Below are positions 38,467 through 52,992 of a DNA stretch of 64,000 nucleotides, one piece after another. A model generated the notes under the pieces. That model searched no databases. It saw only the letters and a program-made list of their open reading frames with translations, and was not told the origin of the DNA. Each line of letters starts with the position of its first letter. Position 1 is the first letter of the stretch. The stretch comes from Camelus ferus (taxonomy: Eukaryota). The position numbers and the translations under genes are program-made. The stretch covers positions 19,654,001-19,718,000 of the forward strand of contig NC_045730.1 of assembly GCF_009834535.1 (NCBI RefSeq), in the 5' to 3' direction.

Positions 38467-41400
38467 GCATCAGCCACAGAATTTTTTTAACTCAGGAAGG
38501 AACACGTTAGCCTCAAACAAGTGCTAATACCCCAGAGCCCTTAATCCCCAGAGCCTCCACGACATGGCCAGGTTAACTGGTACCCTTCATAGTAACAGCA
38601 GCAAATCCTACACACACTTGCAGATGCAGGTGAAAACCAAGATTCCTCTTTGCCTTTTGGGGAAAGTTCCAGCAGGGGAAAGTCTCCAACTAAGATGAAC
38701 TCACAACTCTGCCCAAGAAGAGGCTCCTGGCACCCTCTGTCCCCTGTGCCCTCCTGTACCCAGGCCCTCCTACCTGTTCACCCAACCTTATGAGATTCCC
38801 CCACAACCTGCAGAAGGGAGGCAGCAGAGGAGCAGGTGTGGCTACAAACCCCTATAGGAGTTAGGACCCGGGTGTGCCACGTGGCAGTCTGGCCACACCA
38901 GAGGAAACATCTACTCATCTGACCAATTAGTCTGTTAAGTGGAGACAAAACCTGAGGTTCTTACTTCTGCCCTTAACTAAATTCTCCTCTCTGTCTCAGT
39001 CTCAGTCCACCCAGCACCCCACCTCTGCTGTGCCCACGGCTTTTGGAATCAGACAATTATGATTTTAGAAGCTGGGCATTACAAACAAAAAGAGTCATAC
39101 CAAGCAAATGGTTACTGAGCACCTACTGTATACCTGACACATGTATGGGCTTCCTTGAGACCCTGAAATCTGTGGGGAAAAGACACACATGCACAAAGGA
39201 AGGCTATTTCCCCAGAGGGAATGTCAGGAGACAGAGCAGGGATTCAGGAAAGGGAGAGATGACTGGAGGACAAAGTTAACAAGGGTTCAGTGGCTGGAAC
39301 TGGATACAAATAGAAACAAAAACCCACAGTGACATGTGAGCCCTATAAACACTGATATTTTCAAGGTGGTACCTACCTCACTGTTAATTAAGAGTCAATC
39401 AAAATTTAAATTCTCACACCACTTGACATATCAGCATGCAGGCTTCTCAAATGTCTCCCTCCCTGGCACTAAGCCCTTGAATCAGTCTTACTGAAGAAGT
39501 GCCATTGTTTCCTTGAACACTACTGGTTCTCAGGCTGGTTTCAAAGTAAACTTCCCTTTTGCTGATAAACTCAATAACCGACATTCTTAAACACCCAATG
39601 ACTTCCAAAAAGATGAGCTAATTTAAGAATACAGTAATTAACTATCACAGTGGTTACTGTCAACATCAATAACCATCACCTTCTGGTGTCTTTTCATAAG
39701 TGTGTGTCCATTTTTTTGGAGGTAGGGAAGGCTCACAATTGACAGAAGGAGGTAACTGTCCTGCTGGACAAATGCCTTCCAAAGCAGGACTGACGATCAG
39801 CCTCTGTCCGGGGGATTCCAACCCCCTGAAAGAGACGTCCTTTCACCTGAGTGTGCACACACGCTCTCTTGTCTACTGGTAGATCTGCACCTGATAGGGC
39901 TTCTTATTTCCAAATCTCAATAATAAAACTCTTAAACTTGATCAACATCACAAAATATCTGTCAAGGCTTATTCTGTATTTTTTTTTTAGCTTCTGCTGG
40001 AGTTTATTCCTCTAACAGTTGTAATGGGAGCACTCTGACACTGGGAGGATGAGTTGGTGGCCCAGCATTTCCTTTAAATCTCCCCAGGTCTTGTACCCAG
40101 AGCCTTGGCTCAGTTCCTGACAGTGTTCTTGGAGTCTCACTGGACTTGAAGGCCATCTCCCTGAGAAGGGCATCTCTTCAATCGAGTGACCACAATACCT
40201 ACTTTTGGTCCCTTCTAGAGCTTTCTGCTGGGAAGAGAGGACTCCTCATTCCAGAGATAAGAAGAGGTTCCACAGAAACAGGGTTGTAACCACTGTGAAA
40301 TTGATGAACACTCTTCCTTCCTTAGAGACTTTCTAGTTTATTCTTTTCTAGAGATTAACAAGGTCATCCACCCACATCTCACCACAGACATGGAAGCTGT
40401 GTCCCCGGGCTCTGTAGCCACCATGACCTTCCCCATCTGTGGAACTGCCTCCTCATGGTCTCCCACACCTCCTTAGGTACCACAGATACTCTTCCTGCTG
40501 CCTGTGTGCCTGCCCACTTGCTAGGTCATGTGCTCCAATTGCCGCTTTTAATGGACTGCAGGCAGAGAAACCAGTAACCAAGGTTACTACGATTCAAAAC
40601 TAAGCTGAAAGTTTGGTTCACAAGAACATTTCTTTAACAAAAATGCATAAGTTTTACTGCATGAAATCTACCACATCTTTTGAACTCAAAAGCCTTCTTG
40701 TGCTTTCCCAAGGTTGTCAACAACGATCTTAACAGTTAAGCCCCAGGTACAAAAGAAGGGTCAGCAGGCTACTTTCTAATGTTTAAAAAACTGTATGGAG
40801 GCATCTGTATTAGAGAATCTGCCCCTGGTCACCAGCATCACCAAGATAAATTTTTAAGAGTGATAATTCCCCATCCAGAAAATTGGGCTCAGTTGGTAAC
40901 ACAACGCGTGCTCTTGACAAAGTTCCATATGAATATTTTTGTAAGTGAGTTATTCTAAGAAGAACAAGAGCTCACAATTTAAAGAAAACAAATCACTTTT
41001 TTGTAAAGAAATGTGATTTACTATTTTTTAAAATTTGCTTCTTCTATGGGAAACACGAAGCCGGGGACTTCTACTTGATATAAAATCTCTACCAAATAGA
41101 CAAAATTCCCCTTTTAACAGACAGTCACACTCATTCTTTCACTCCATATATGTATACTATGGCCATAATTTAAAACTGACATCCCAGAGGGTTTCTACAT
41201 TAAAATGCTTTCCATTTTAAACATCATTTAAATGTTACATGTTCCATTTTAAACATTTATAACAGGATTTGTATGAACAGTTTTGCAGATATTTTTCCTC
41301 ACTGAAAATAAATGTATTGAAAACCATTTTCTCTGCTTCAACCAGCTTTTCATATTTTCATCAATAAATAGTCAGAATATTCTAACAACTGAAAAGTAAG

Positions 41401-42185
41401 TTTGAAAAGTAAATTATACTCATGACAGATCAGAAGCATTCTAACAACAGGGCAGAATCAGCAGTGATGAAGAAAGGAGAAGCCATTTAGTAATTTAAAA
41501 ATGAAACAAAACAAAACAACCTGACTGCTTAAAAGGAATAAATACAGGTCAAGACTGACATATGAACTTTGATTTGCGCACAACCTCAGGAAGGCCTACC
41601 ACCTGGTAGGGTCCCTGCCAACCTGTGGGCGGCTCCTGCCAAGGCCCTTCTCCCCTGCTGCCCATGCACCACTTGACCCCAGGACCCACTGGACAACCAC
41701 ACAGCACTGCCTCCACACCAACTGTGTCTACACTTGGGGAATCCCTCCAGGATGCAGATGTCCTTGCACCACCCCAAATTCTAAGTCAAACCCCTTATTA
41801 TAATTCAGCACACACATCACTCAGGGCTCACAGGCCAATGACAGTGTCCAGACTGCTCTTCCAGAGCATCCTTGAGGCCAGCTCTCTTTAGGTGTGCTGT
41901 GAGGCTGTTATGCTTTCTTTCTCCCCATCACAGATGAACACAAGCATTAAGATTGAAAGCAGTGCCTACTTCTATATTTGTTCCTTAATGGGAATAAGAG
42001 AAGCACTTTTCAAATTTCCTGAATCCTAAAAAAACCTGTTGCCAATAGCAGCTGTATTTATAACCCTCAGCACCTGCCAAAAAATAATTAATAATAGAAT
42101 TTACCAAACTGGGTTAAATCAATCCCCAGGAGAAAATGATCATACAAGTAGGTTAAAACTCACTTTCTCAAAAGTCAATCTAAGT

Positions 42186-42410
42186 GTAGGGTTAGCAAAC
42201 CACAGCATGTGGCCAGAGAACCCAGTCTACCTCTCTTTCTTCTTGTACAGCCCATGAGCTGAGAACATTGTACATTTTTAAATGGTGGAAAGAAACTCAA
42301 ACTTTAGTGTCCACAAACAACCTTCTATTGGAACACAGCCAGGTACCTTCACTGTGTCTCATGTGACCACCCTTACTCCAGGGTGGCAGAGCTGAACAGT
42401 CGTGACCAAC
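42186..42410 (+). mobile_element. hAT-Charlie non-autonomous DNA transposon (MER58B-like)
   Basis: tagggttagcaaac...gtacagcccatgagctgagaac..tacatttttaaatggt...ctattggaacacagcca...ggcagagctgaacagtcgtgac. Confidence 0.65.
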
Positions 42411-43009
42411 ACCAGATGTGCCTCATTACGTCACAGGGCACCTAGCAAACCATCAACCATGATGATGCAGCCATACTAGACAGCGCTTTGAGTGACAGGT
42501 GAATCCCCTGCAGTGAATATCTTATTCTATCATGTCAAATTAAACAAGAGAAAGGTAGACTCTGAGTGCCCACTTTCAAGCACAGTAGCATGCAGTTTAG
42601 TCATTGAACCAAGGGCAAAGCAGTGTGCTCATTAGGCAGTGAGCTCAGTAGCTCTGCGGAAAGAACCCAAGATACATAAACGTCACCCAAGCAAACACTC
42701 ACCACAGTATTTCCAACTCACAGGACAGCAAGTTAAAAAACTAGAAAATTTAAAATTTAACATTCCATCACAGTGGAATTTCACAAAAGTAAAAATGAAG
42801 AGAATGCACCCCAAGTTTCTGAGGTTCATTAGCCAGAGACAGCTGTTTACTGATGTTGAGATAATTCAACTGTATCTGATCACAGCAGCTGAAGACATGT
42901 ATCCAGAGGAAAAGAAACATTTCAAAGAGTAAGCAGCCTTTCGGCCTGAACAGGTACTAGAAATGTTGAGAACACACAGGACAACATCAACAGTCAATTA
43001 AACAACAAG

Positions 43010-43367
43010 GACTGAGTACGATTCCATTGTATAAACATACCACAGCTCCTTTTATCCAGTCACTCAGCCATAAAAAGTAACAAAATAATGCCATTTTCAG
43101 CAACATGGATGAACACGGAGAATGTCATTCTAAGTAAGCCAAAAAGAAAAATACCACATGATATCATTTACATGTGGAATCTAAAGAAAAAAAGACGCAC
43201 TTATTTACAAAACAAAAACAGACTCACAGACACAGAAAACAAACTTATGGTTACCAGGGGAGGAAGGGTGTGGGAAGGGATAAATTGGGAGTTTGAGATT
43301 TGCAGATACTAATATATATAAAATAAACAAGTTTATACTGCACAGTACAGGGAACCATATTCAGTAT
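43010..43367 (+). mobile_element. LINE-1 3' fragment with an inverted 5' segment
   Basis: 43062-43367 is sense L1 3' sequence (actcagccataaaaag...gcaacatggatg...atgtggaatctaaa). 43010-43062 (gactgagtacgattccattgtata..cataccaca..tttatccagtca) is the reverse complement of the L1 sequence that normally lies just upstream. Confidence 0.8.
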
Positions 43368-43485
43368 CAGCCTCAGTTTCCACCTCTGTAAAATAAGGGC
43401 AATAATAGTATTTGCTTCCTGGGGTTTTTGTGAGGATTCTGTGAGTCACTATATCTAAGTGCTTAGAACAGTGCCTGACACATGC
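43368..43485 (+). mobile_element. MIR SINE fragment
   Basis: gcctcagtttccacctctgtaaaat..gg..ataatagta...gtgaggatt...aagtgcttagaacagtgcctgacaca, the MIR core. Confidence 0.8.
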
Positions 43486-44970
43486 TATTTGGACCAAACA
43501 CTGGTGGATTCCACTGTCTGCTTTGGTATTTCACAAGCACACAGGTACAAACTAGAAAACAACAGACATTTTCCAGCCTGACTTGCTGGGAATATAATAA
43601 AATTCTCATTTGAGGGTCACAGATATTAACTGATGTTTTCAAATAGCAGCAATAATTAGCATTAATTCAAACTGCACAAACTTCTTGGGCTGATCAAGAC
43701 AGACTTGTTTTAAAAAAGGAAAGGAATGGTAAATTTTATATGTGCTCTTTACCATAAAAAAAGGAAGGAGACCATGAGGGAGGGAACTAGGACCAGTGAC
43801 TACCTGTGCTCAAGACTCTTCTAGGGTTCCATGTCCATCTCTTTGCAAAAAAGACGACTACAGCAATTTAAAGTCTCCTTAAGAGACATTCAGATTTTAC
43901 AGCAGCAAGGACCTCAGCAGGTCAATGCTCTTTCCCAGGAGCATGTGTGATCCTTGCAATGACACAGTTCTCTTGGAAAGAGAGCACAGGCCTCAGTGAC
44001 CTGAAATCTGAGAGCAGGAGGAGGGTCCCAGAGGAATGATGTGCAAAGGACAATCCATGGGGGCAAGAAACAGCAGCTGTCAGAACATGGAGTGAAGGGC
44101 ACACTTACCCTTTCCTACCAGTAAGCACTGCCACACAGAGACCATGCCCTCTCCAGGCTGAGGGGAGGCTCATGGGTGGAGGCACCACAGGGCACATTTC
44201 CCTTCAGCCTGATAACAGAATGAGAATGTGCACCCAGCAGTTTCTCCGTGCTGGGAGAACTCAGGCTGGGGGAACAAACGCACTGAATGCCAACGCCATT
44301 TTCAGAAACACACAACAGTGAGACACAGTCTTCTCCTATCCATTTTTCCTCCCTACCGCAGTTAAGAGCAGAGTTAGCATTTTTATCAGGCGCACCTCAG
44401 ACTTTGAATCATTTTGCATTTTCATCATGTCAAGCATCCCCCTCTCCTAACACAGATGCTAGTTCTGGAACCAGATATGTTCATTCCTACAGGGCTCACG
44501 AGTCACGTGCCCAGCTGCCATCGGCTGTGACGACTTCAGAATGCACATTTGTCTAACACAAAAGTAATGGAGATTTTTAAAAATTAAACTGCTATATACA
44601 TTTGCTGGCCCATATTCTAACTACACTACTCTATTCTAAATACGCTAAGACCTAGCAGTGTTCAACATTGTTCAACACTTGAAATATCCAATAAATGTCT
44701 GTGAAATGGACTCAGTATACTACACAATGAAGGTTTTAATTCATAATTACGATCATTAGCCATGACAATGCTGTAAAGCAAATGCAGACTTACCACAGAT
44801 TAAATCACATTTTTTAGTATTAACTGTATTTAATCATAAATGACTTTGACAATTGTTTGCTTCTGTGTTGAAAGGCAATGTTAAGAAGTGGCTGGGACAG
44901 TCCACAAATTCCTACTCTCTCTAACCTCAGTTTTTTACCTATAGTTTCTTCAATAATAATGTTTCTTAGA

Positions 44971-45160
44971 AAAACAAGTTTATACCATATAGCTCAGGGA
45001 AATATATTCAAGATCTTGTAGTAGCTCACCGTGGAAAAGAATATGAAAATGAATATATGTATATTCATGGATGACTGAAAAATTGTGCTGTACACCAGAA
45101 ATTGATACAACATTGTAGACTGACTTTAACTCAATAAAAAATAAAATAAAATAAAATAAA
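44971..45160 (+). mobile_element. Camelid-type LINE-1 3' tail inserted in a MIR remnant
   Basis: Same tail as 21195-21330, with an (AAAAT)n end; MIR-like ctaacctcagttttt to the left and acctcataaggct..tgagaattaaatgag to the right. Confidence 0.85.
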
Positions 45161-47077
45161 ATGGAGTTTGAAAATAATGCTTATACCTCATAAGGCTACT
45201 CTGAGAATTAAATGAGCGAGCATGTAAATTAGCCAACACCGATAATGTTCCAGATAAATGTTTATTTCAGTTTCTTTCCAGTTTAATAAAGCCAGATGCT
45301 ATTATTGAGACTAAAAAACAACAAATATGTTAGAATAGAATGTCACAAATAGAGATCCACCTTCCGTTCATGTCCATGTTCCATTTGTGTAAGAGTAAAA
45401 AAAGTGTTAACTGGCACTTGATGTATATGTAATCTATATATATTTTCACTGATTGTGATCTTGTGTATACTTCTGACATTGCTCAAAATGTTTAAATTGG
45501 AACTAATCTCTCTTCTACCTCAAGTGCACCAGTAGCAAAAGATGAAATGCTTCCATTTCATAGATGAGCAAATTCCAGTAAGGATGCACCAAGTAGTACT
45601 TCGTAATCCTTTGACAATGTGAAATTGAACCATCTTTTGACAAACCACTGGTACCTATCAAGGAGAATGGCCTCCAGTTAAGTGAAAACATCACTAGGTT
45701 GAGTTTCTCACCAATTCATCAGTGAATAGCAACGATTTTTTTAAGTTAAAAAAATCATCAGGATTATAAGTAAAAATAAATAAAGGCAAAAATAAATATG
45801 AAAAGTTTATCGCATCAAGTCAACTCCATTTTCTACGTGCCCATAACAGTGTGCACACCTGTTTTTCACTTTGTCATCCCAGCGACCAATGTGCTCTCTA
45901 AGTGTGGTGAGAGCTCCACCAGTTAAAGAAGGTAGGATTCATCTCTGTGGCCTCAGGAGCTAATACTAAGCTTGGCACATAACTGTGAATGTCTGTCAAG
46001 GAATAAATGGCCAGAGGAAGGATTTGCAACCATTAGCCCTGTAGTTACAAAAAGTAAAAGACAAGCTCTTGCCTTCCAGGTATTTACATTAACTAGTATG
46101 AGATTTTACATGATTTATTGTAGTAATTAGTAAGGTAAACTTGGCTGAGACTAAACCCAAAGATTTCTTTTTAACCACTGAAGAGAGAAAAACTGAAAAA
46201 AATATCTTTTAAAACATTGCAAGCAACACCTATTCCTTCAAAAGTAGAACCTACAGTTTACCTTTGAGACAGCCTTTTTTTTTTCCTGAAAAACCAGAAT
46301 ATTATAGCAATAGTCTGTCAAAAATGAAATTTCCAAAGAAATAGCAAACAGAAATTACTTAAAAATCCAAAACTACAGACAATCTAAGATTTGAGGCATC
46401 TTACTCTCAAACCCCACATCTGGACATGCTTTGCACAAAGTTCTTATTTTCACTGTTTCCTTAAACACTCTTTATCCTTTTTCCATCTTAAATGTCTTCT
46501 TTTTTATCCTTCTAAACAATACCTAAAAATGAACTTACCTATCACTTTCAATTTTATGCTACTGTGATATCACTGTGAAACACTATGATACCGTGCTTAT
46601 TTTGAACTGTATATATTGGCAACAGTAAAAGGATTCTGCTCTGTAGTGACAAGACCACCTTGCAGTCACTACTCTATGAATAAAGATAAACAGCTGGAAG
46701 ATGAACACATATTTCCTGATCGATGGCAACGTCCAATTTATGAACTAAGTGTTAACAAAGGCTGTGATAAGGAAGTAAATGAAGGAAAGACAGTTAATAT
46801 GATGGTAATGCTATTTTGAAGTTTCCTTTCCTTACACAAGTTACCAGTAAATCTCAGTGTTCTCATCCGGGGATAAAACCTATTTTACAGAGCTGTTATG
46901 ATGATTAAGTGCACATGCATGTCAATGAAATGTTTAGCTCCTACATTACTGCAAAGATCCAATAACTTGCCAAACTTCACATATTATGCAACCAAGAACA
47001 AATGTTTTCACCCTATACTCTCTCCATTTTAGCCAAATGGTCCTTCACTGGAAGCCTGTTGGAGCTGGATTCTTGAT

Positions 47078-48110
47078 ACTACACACTGTACAGATATATC
47101 TCCATATACAGACACACATATATAGTGTATGCACATATATAGTGTATGCACATATACAGTGTATGCATATAGTGTCCACACATACACATATGGTTTATAC
47201 AAAGTATACCCATATATCTCCATACAGTCCACAATTTACATACATACAGTGTCCATACATATACACATGTAGTGTATACACATTGATAGTGTATGTACAT
47301 AAACAATGTCTGCACACATATGCACAAATAGTACAGTGCATGTGCATATGTGTACATATATGCAAAAGTACATATGGGATCCATATGATGCATATATATA
47401 GTATGTGTACATACAGTATACATATATTCATTTAGTGTGCATACGTATAGTGTATACACATGCATATACAGTGCATGTGTACACAGGTACCATATAACGT
47501 ACATACAATGTTCAATGTACACATAGTACATACACAGCATACATGTACATAGTGTATATGCATACAATTTACATAGTGTACATGCATACAGTTTACATAG
47601 TGTACATATGTATATACACATAAAATGTATGTAATATATATCCATATGGTACATATACAGTGTATTTATATAGCATATATACAGTATACATGCACACAAT
47701 GTACACAAATAGGTGTACAATATGCATGCAGTATATGTGCATACATACAACACACATGTATAAACACATACATAATATACAGACCATGCTGTACAGTGTA
47801 CTTCTGGCATACATGCACATATACAATGTTCACACATATGTACCATATTAATCCTTCTGATCCATGAACTCAGGATATCTTCCCATTTATTTTGTCTTCC
47901 TAAATTTCCTTCTTCAAAGTCTTACACTTTCCATTGTCAGTTATTTTCCTTCCTTGGTTAAATGCACATGTATGTACAACACACATCGTATACATGCACA
48001 TGTATACAATGTACGTATGTGCAAGTGAACATACAATACATCCGTATGTACAATATACATGTGGTACACACACATACATACAATGCCCACACACAAAGTG
48101 TACAAACACT
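47078..48110. repeat. Low-complexity alternating purine-pyrimidine repeat (TA/CA/TG), with a short antisense L1 fragment at about 47825-47965
   Basis: Long tatacacatatgtgtac-type tract; it generates the Y/C/M/H-rich ORFs at 46986-48242. Confidence 0.93.
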
Positions 48111-51100
48111 AAAACACTAACAGGGACTTGTGGAACCTCGTCCTTTAATGCTCCAGGAGTGCTGCCAGTTCAACATGACTGGTTTTTATTTTTTCAAACT
48201 ACAATTCAGCATTTTAAAAATAATTTTAATGAATACAGCTAGTGACAAAAAGACAGTAAAAAACATAAAGCCACTTTCCCTTAGAAGTATGACTTGATGA
48301 CAGAGATCAGCCATCGCCTAGTGAGGTGCATATAACAGGCCGATTAGCAACAAAGTTATCCTTTAAAAAACTAGAAAGGCGTGGACCTTCTCCAGCAGCC
48401 ATGTCGTGCAGTGCAGCCCAACACCAGCAGGTTCTCTGCTGCAAAACATACCTACCACCCAGCCATCACCAAAAGAACCTTTCCAGTGTAATTGTTGTGC
48501 TATTCTATGTACATTTTCTTTTTTTAATGGTAAGCTGAAAAAAGAAATAGCCCATGTGTTTGTTTGTTTGTTTAATTAAAACAACTTTCTAAATGAAAGA
48601 CTGCTATTTGTCAACAGCACACCAAAAATGCAACGTTCAGTGAAGATGTGGCCCCTGGGGAATACATAAAGACACAAGATTCTGTGATACAAAATCAAGG
48701 ACATCTACCTAAGGAAAATATAATCAAACTGCTAAAGCTACTCAAACACATACTTACAGATTATTTTAAAAGATTTTTTAATTGCAAGATATCCTATGGG
48801 GAAAAAAGTTAGGAATGAAAATACCAGTACCTGGAAGATTTATACAAAATGATCTTAACATCTCTTCAATAAGGTTAAATAAAACTGTATTCTTTAAGTA
48901 ATGTACTCCGTTATTCTTTATTTGAAGCTGTGGGTAGAATTAATAACCAAGAGGCAGTAAGTGAATAAACAGTAGGGTCATGTTAAAGGATAAGAAGAGT
49001 AAGCCAGTGGCTGAATCTAAGTAGAACTAAGTTCAGGGTCAATTCTATCCCCAGTCCCCACCATACTGCAGAAGAAATGAGGACCTGTCTTTAGAAGCCC
49101 TCAATTTCCCACCTGCCTTACTTAATCCTTCCCAATTTAGCTGTTCCATGTGAGCCTGAGCCCAAAAGTCTACTGACATCTTATGGTTATTAAAGTGTCC
49201 ATAGTTAAACAAGAACCTCAAGGGAAGAGGTCCAGACTTGATGCTCTACCAAGATGCACACAAGCCCAACAAACCCCAGCACACCATACCCCAAAGGATG
49301 CTGTTACCCACGTGGTCAGAAGCAATCTGAGGCAGAGCTCCCTGTCTTGCTAATTCTCTTTGGACCTGATCCAATTCAAAATAATATATAAAATTCCCTT
49401 TGAAAAAACCCACAGTACATTCACTACAAAAAGATAATGAAACCTGGTGACATTTGGGCAAGGGAAAATACCGATGTTAGATGACCTCTATCTGGAAGAA
49501 TGTGCTTCCAAATCAAGTCTGTAGCCATCTGGCCACAGAATGCTGCCCTGTCCTTGCAAACCACCACCTAGGCCACATGTTTTACACCTGTTCTTGTCTT
49601 TTATACAATAGAGCCCAACACTGTAATGACAAAAAAGAGCTACAAAAAAAGACTTTCTAAATTACCAAAAAGCAATTATTGTATATGTAAGTGCTTGTGA
49701 TTTATTTGTAAAGCAATGAAAGAAGGTTCTACTTTGCAGAAGAAAACTTCTCATGTATATCACAACTCTCAACTTTTGGGAAAAGTATGACTTTTCTTTC
49801 TAAACAAAACAATATGTACATTAGACCATTTTGCCACATATAATAAAAAGGGATGTATGACATTTTATCAGTCACCCTATCTTCACAGACATTATCATCT
49901 GGATGTCTTACAGATTTGCAAAGTCTCGCAGACTTACGAAACTGTGTGAGGGACCATTTTCATCCCCCACAAAAGTAACATACACCACACAGAAATGCAC
50001 AATTCATATTGCCTCCAAAGGAATGCTTGGCCATTTAAGTGCATTAATAAGAGTACAACGGTATTAAAAGTGTACCACAAACACAGTATTTATTTGCTTC
50101 TGAAAAGCCAAAACATACACTTCCTCCAAACCCTTTCAGGATTTTCCAGAGGCTATTTTGCATATCCAGTTTTGCCCATGACACAAGGAGCAACACAGGA
50201 TTCGGGGATTCATTAGGAACCCATGAAACATGAGGCAGGGAGGAAACAGTGTGTACCATATCCTCTGGGGAGGAATTCAGTATTTGTACCAAAAGCACTG
50301 AAAATCTGCATACTTTCCAGGCCAGTAATTACTTTCATTTTTATCAAATACATCTACAAACGTATACAGTATAGGAAAAAAGCAATTTTGATTACATGCC
50401 GTTAATATAAATAAAACACTCACTGCAGCATCCACTCTAGGACAAAGAACTAGGTCTTTTTTTTTTTTTTTTTTTTTAACTTAGGAGGAATGAAGGAACT
50501 TCTGCCAGAGGTGGCTACCCTTCATGAGCCAATGACAAGAGCTGGACTTGGCCAGGCCATCCACCGCTCTTGCAGGGAAGGTCTTGTTCTGTGTTCTGCT
50601 TCCTGGAGGTGTCCAAAACTCAGAAAATAGGAGGATGGGCAAAAAAGGACCTGGGGAGTTGAGATGACCCACCCGGAGCTCAGCACTGACCAGGCCACTG
50701 GACATGCACTGCTGTAGGCAGTGAGGAGCCGTCTCGGGAAAACTCATCCAACTGACCATCCCAGGGGATTACTGGGCACCACTGACTGCTCTCCCCAACA
50801 CCTGCCACCTCTCCAGAGCCCGCTTCTCCAAAGGACACAAACAACTCTTGTTCCAGGCCTTCAGGTCCATAGTAACTGCTTTGGGGCCCTGATTCAGGAT
50901 TTTTTTCAGAATCAAGAATACACCAAACCATCAAGAATCCAGGACTGCAGAAATGATATGGGTATAAGGTAGAGGCTGAGCTAAGAAAGCTGGCAACTGG
51001 CCAGACACCCAGATGCCAGGGTGGCAGTCAGCCAGCCACCAGGGTTAGCCAGCTGCCTGTCTCAGAAAGCCATCAGAGGGGCTCCTGCATGCATGTTTGT

Positions 51101-52992
51101 GCACCCCACCTGTGTGCCCATGCCCTCACACACCACACACATACCCTCAAATACTAGCACACACAACCACGCGTTCAAAGCACAACCACACACATGCATA
51201 CATATCTGACACATGCCAGCCTAGAAACTGTCACTCCTCAACCACAAGCCTCACATTTTTCTCATGTAATTTCTCTTGCTGTGTTACATCAACATAGATG
51301 CCTAACTTGGTAACGTCTGACACCAGGAAGCCTCCTTCTCTTAAACAGAACTACAGTCCCAAGTCAGTTCCATTTAGGTGTTCTTCAGTCTCTGTCTCAC
51401 AATCCATCAGTCTACACTGACAAAGGTCTGCAATCCAACACAACTACCAGGTCTCAAAACTGGAGAAGAAAACAGGAAGGCTTCTCAGGACACGTGGAAC
51501 GTATTTCTCTTACACCCATGGTGCTGCCTATTGTGAGGAAGAAGGAAGAGGTTGGATGTTTCTGGGAGGAAAAATGTCTTGCAATCAAAGAGCAAAGTAC
51601 TTGAAATCTTACCTTTTGAATGAAACAAACCTAACAATGGTGGCCTGTGTCATTTCTGCACCAAGGGACAGCTAGGACAGCTGCCCAATTCCCATGACAG
51701 TCTAATGAGGGGGATGCTAGTAGCTACGTCCTACAGCTGAAACAACTGAGACCACAGCGGTTCCAGGGAGGAGCAAGTGAGGAGTCAGTACTGAACCCCA
51801 CCCACCTCCAATGGAGTCCTGACATTAAACAGGCAACTTATTGCTGCTCTATTCTTAGCTTTAAAGCATAGTTGCAGAGAGAGAAACAAGATGGTGGAGT
51901 AGAAGGACACTTGTAGCTCACCCTCTCCCACAAATACACCAAAACTCACATCTACGGACCCACTCAGCCAACCAGAGAACCTGCGGAACTCCAACAGAAC
52001 ATCGTCCTCTTCAAAAGACAAAGACACCAAAAATCTTGTAGAAGAAAAGGAAAAAAGAAGGAAGAAAAGGCAAAACAGTGCGGGATTGGTCCTGAGGGGA
52101 GGGAGCGGCAAAAGAGGAATAGCACTCATTTGCTGAACCTCCCCCTCTCCAATGGAGAGGCCAGCAGGACTGAGGGAGAGCCACCGAGGCTTAGATCGCC
52201 CTGAGCACCCCTTGACAGACAGAACTAAGTTAAATGGGCACAAAGGGTCCCCACGACACCCAGCCCGAGAAGCTAGCCAGCAGCTGGGGGCTGGGACAGG
52301 CTGCCCAAGCCAGGCAGAGGACTGGGGCAGCAGCATTGATGCAGCCCTGGGGGTACTGCAGGGTGCTGCGCACTGTGGCTGGGAGGGGATACAGAGCACA
52401 ACAACCTCAGTCCCCCATAAATTGTGAAAAAAGCAAAGTAACAAGGTTGGTGTGCCCTGAGGGGAGGGGCGCCGTATCCTTTGTCTCCTCAGACCCGCAG
52501 AGCCATTACTGGACCTACTCTTGAGAAGAGAGGCTGCTGCCATATCCTCCTGTGGGCAGTGCCCGGGCAGGTGTGGGGCCAAGGCCTGAATCTGCACCCC
52601 CAGGGTGTTCCACAACCTCCTAGGTAGGACTGAGACTTATTTACAGCCCGAGGTAGATAGGATCCTTTTTCCCTGGCACCTCAGAGAACTCACACTGCCA
52701 AGACAAACAAGAAGCTAAGATTTGGCACAGAGCAGGGGTGGGGCTGTTTCACAGTCTTCCTCGAGCCTACCTATGGAGCACCAACCAGAGGTGGAGTGGG
52801 CAGCTGCACAGAGCAGCAGAGCAACCCACACTGGGAGAGGTGGGCGGCCACCCGCTTTCCTGGCAGGAATGCAGCACCTGACCTCGGTGCTGGGAGGGGG
52901 CGTGATCTGCCCACTTGTCTCGCCTGAGTACAGCATCTGACTGTGACATTGGGAAGGGGTGTGACCCGCCTGCCCACTGGTACCAGAGAGAT

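Noticed and set aside
46986-48242. Y/C/M/H-rich ORFs up to 255 aa
   Set aside because: Translations of a TA/CA/TG simple repeat that happens to lack stops.
50481-50972. GC-richer island with ORFs on both strands, possible retrocopy
   Set aside because: No recognisable protein and no clear TSD; the adjacent poly(T) alone is insufficient evidence.
51785-52615. 276-aa minus-strand ORF
   Set aside because: Antisense of the GC-rich L1 5' UTR; no recognisable domain. I could not show that it is an ORF0 equivalent.
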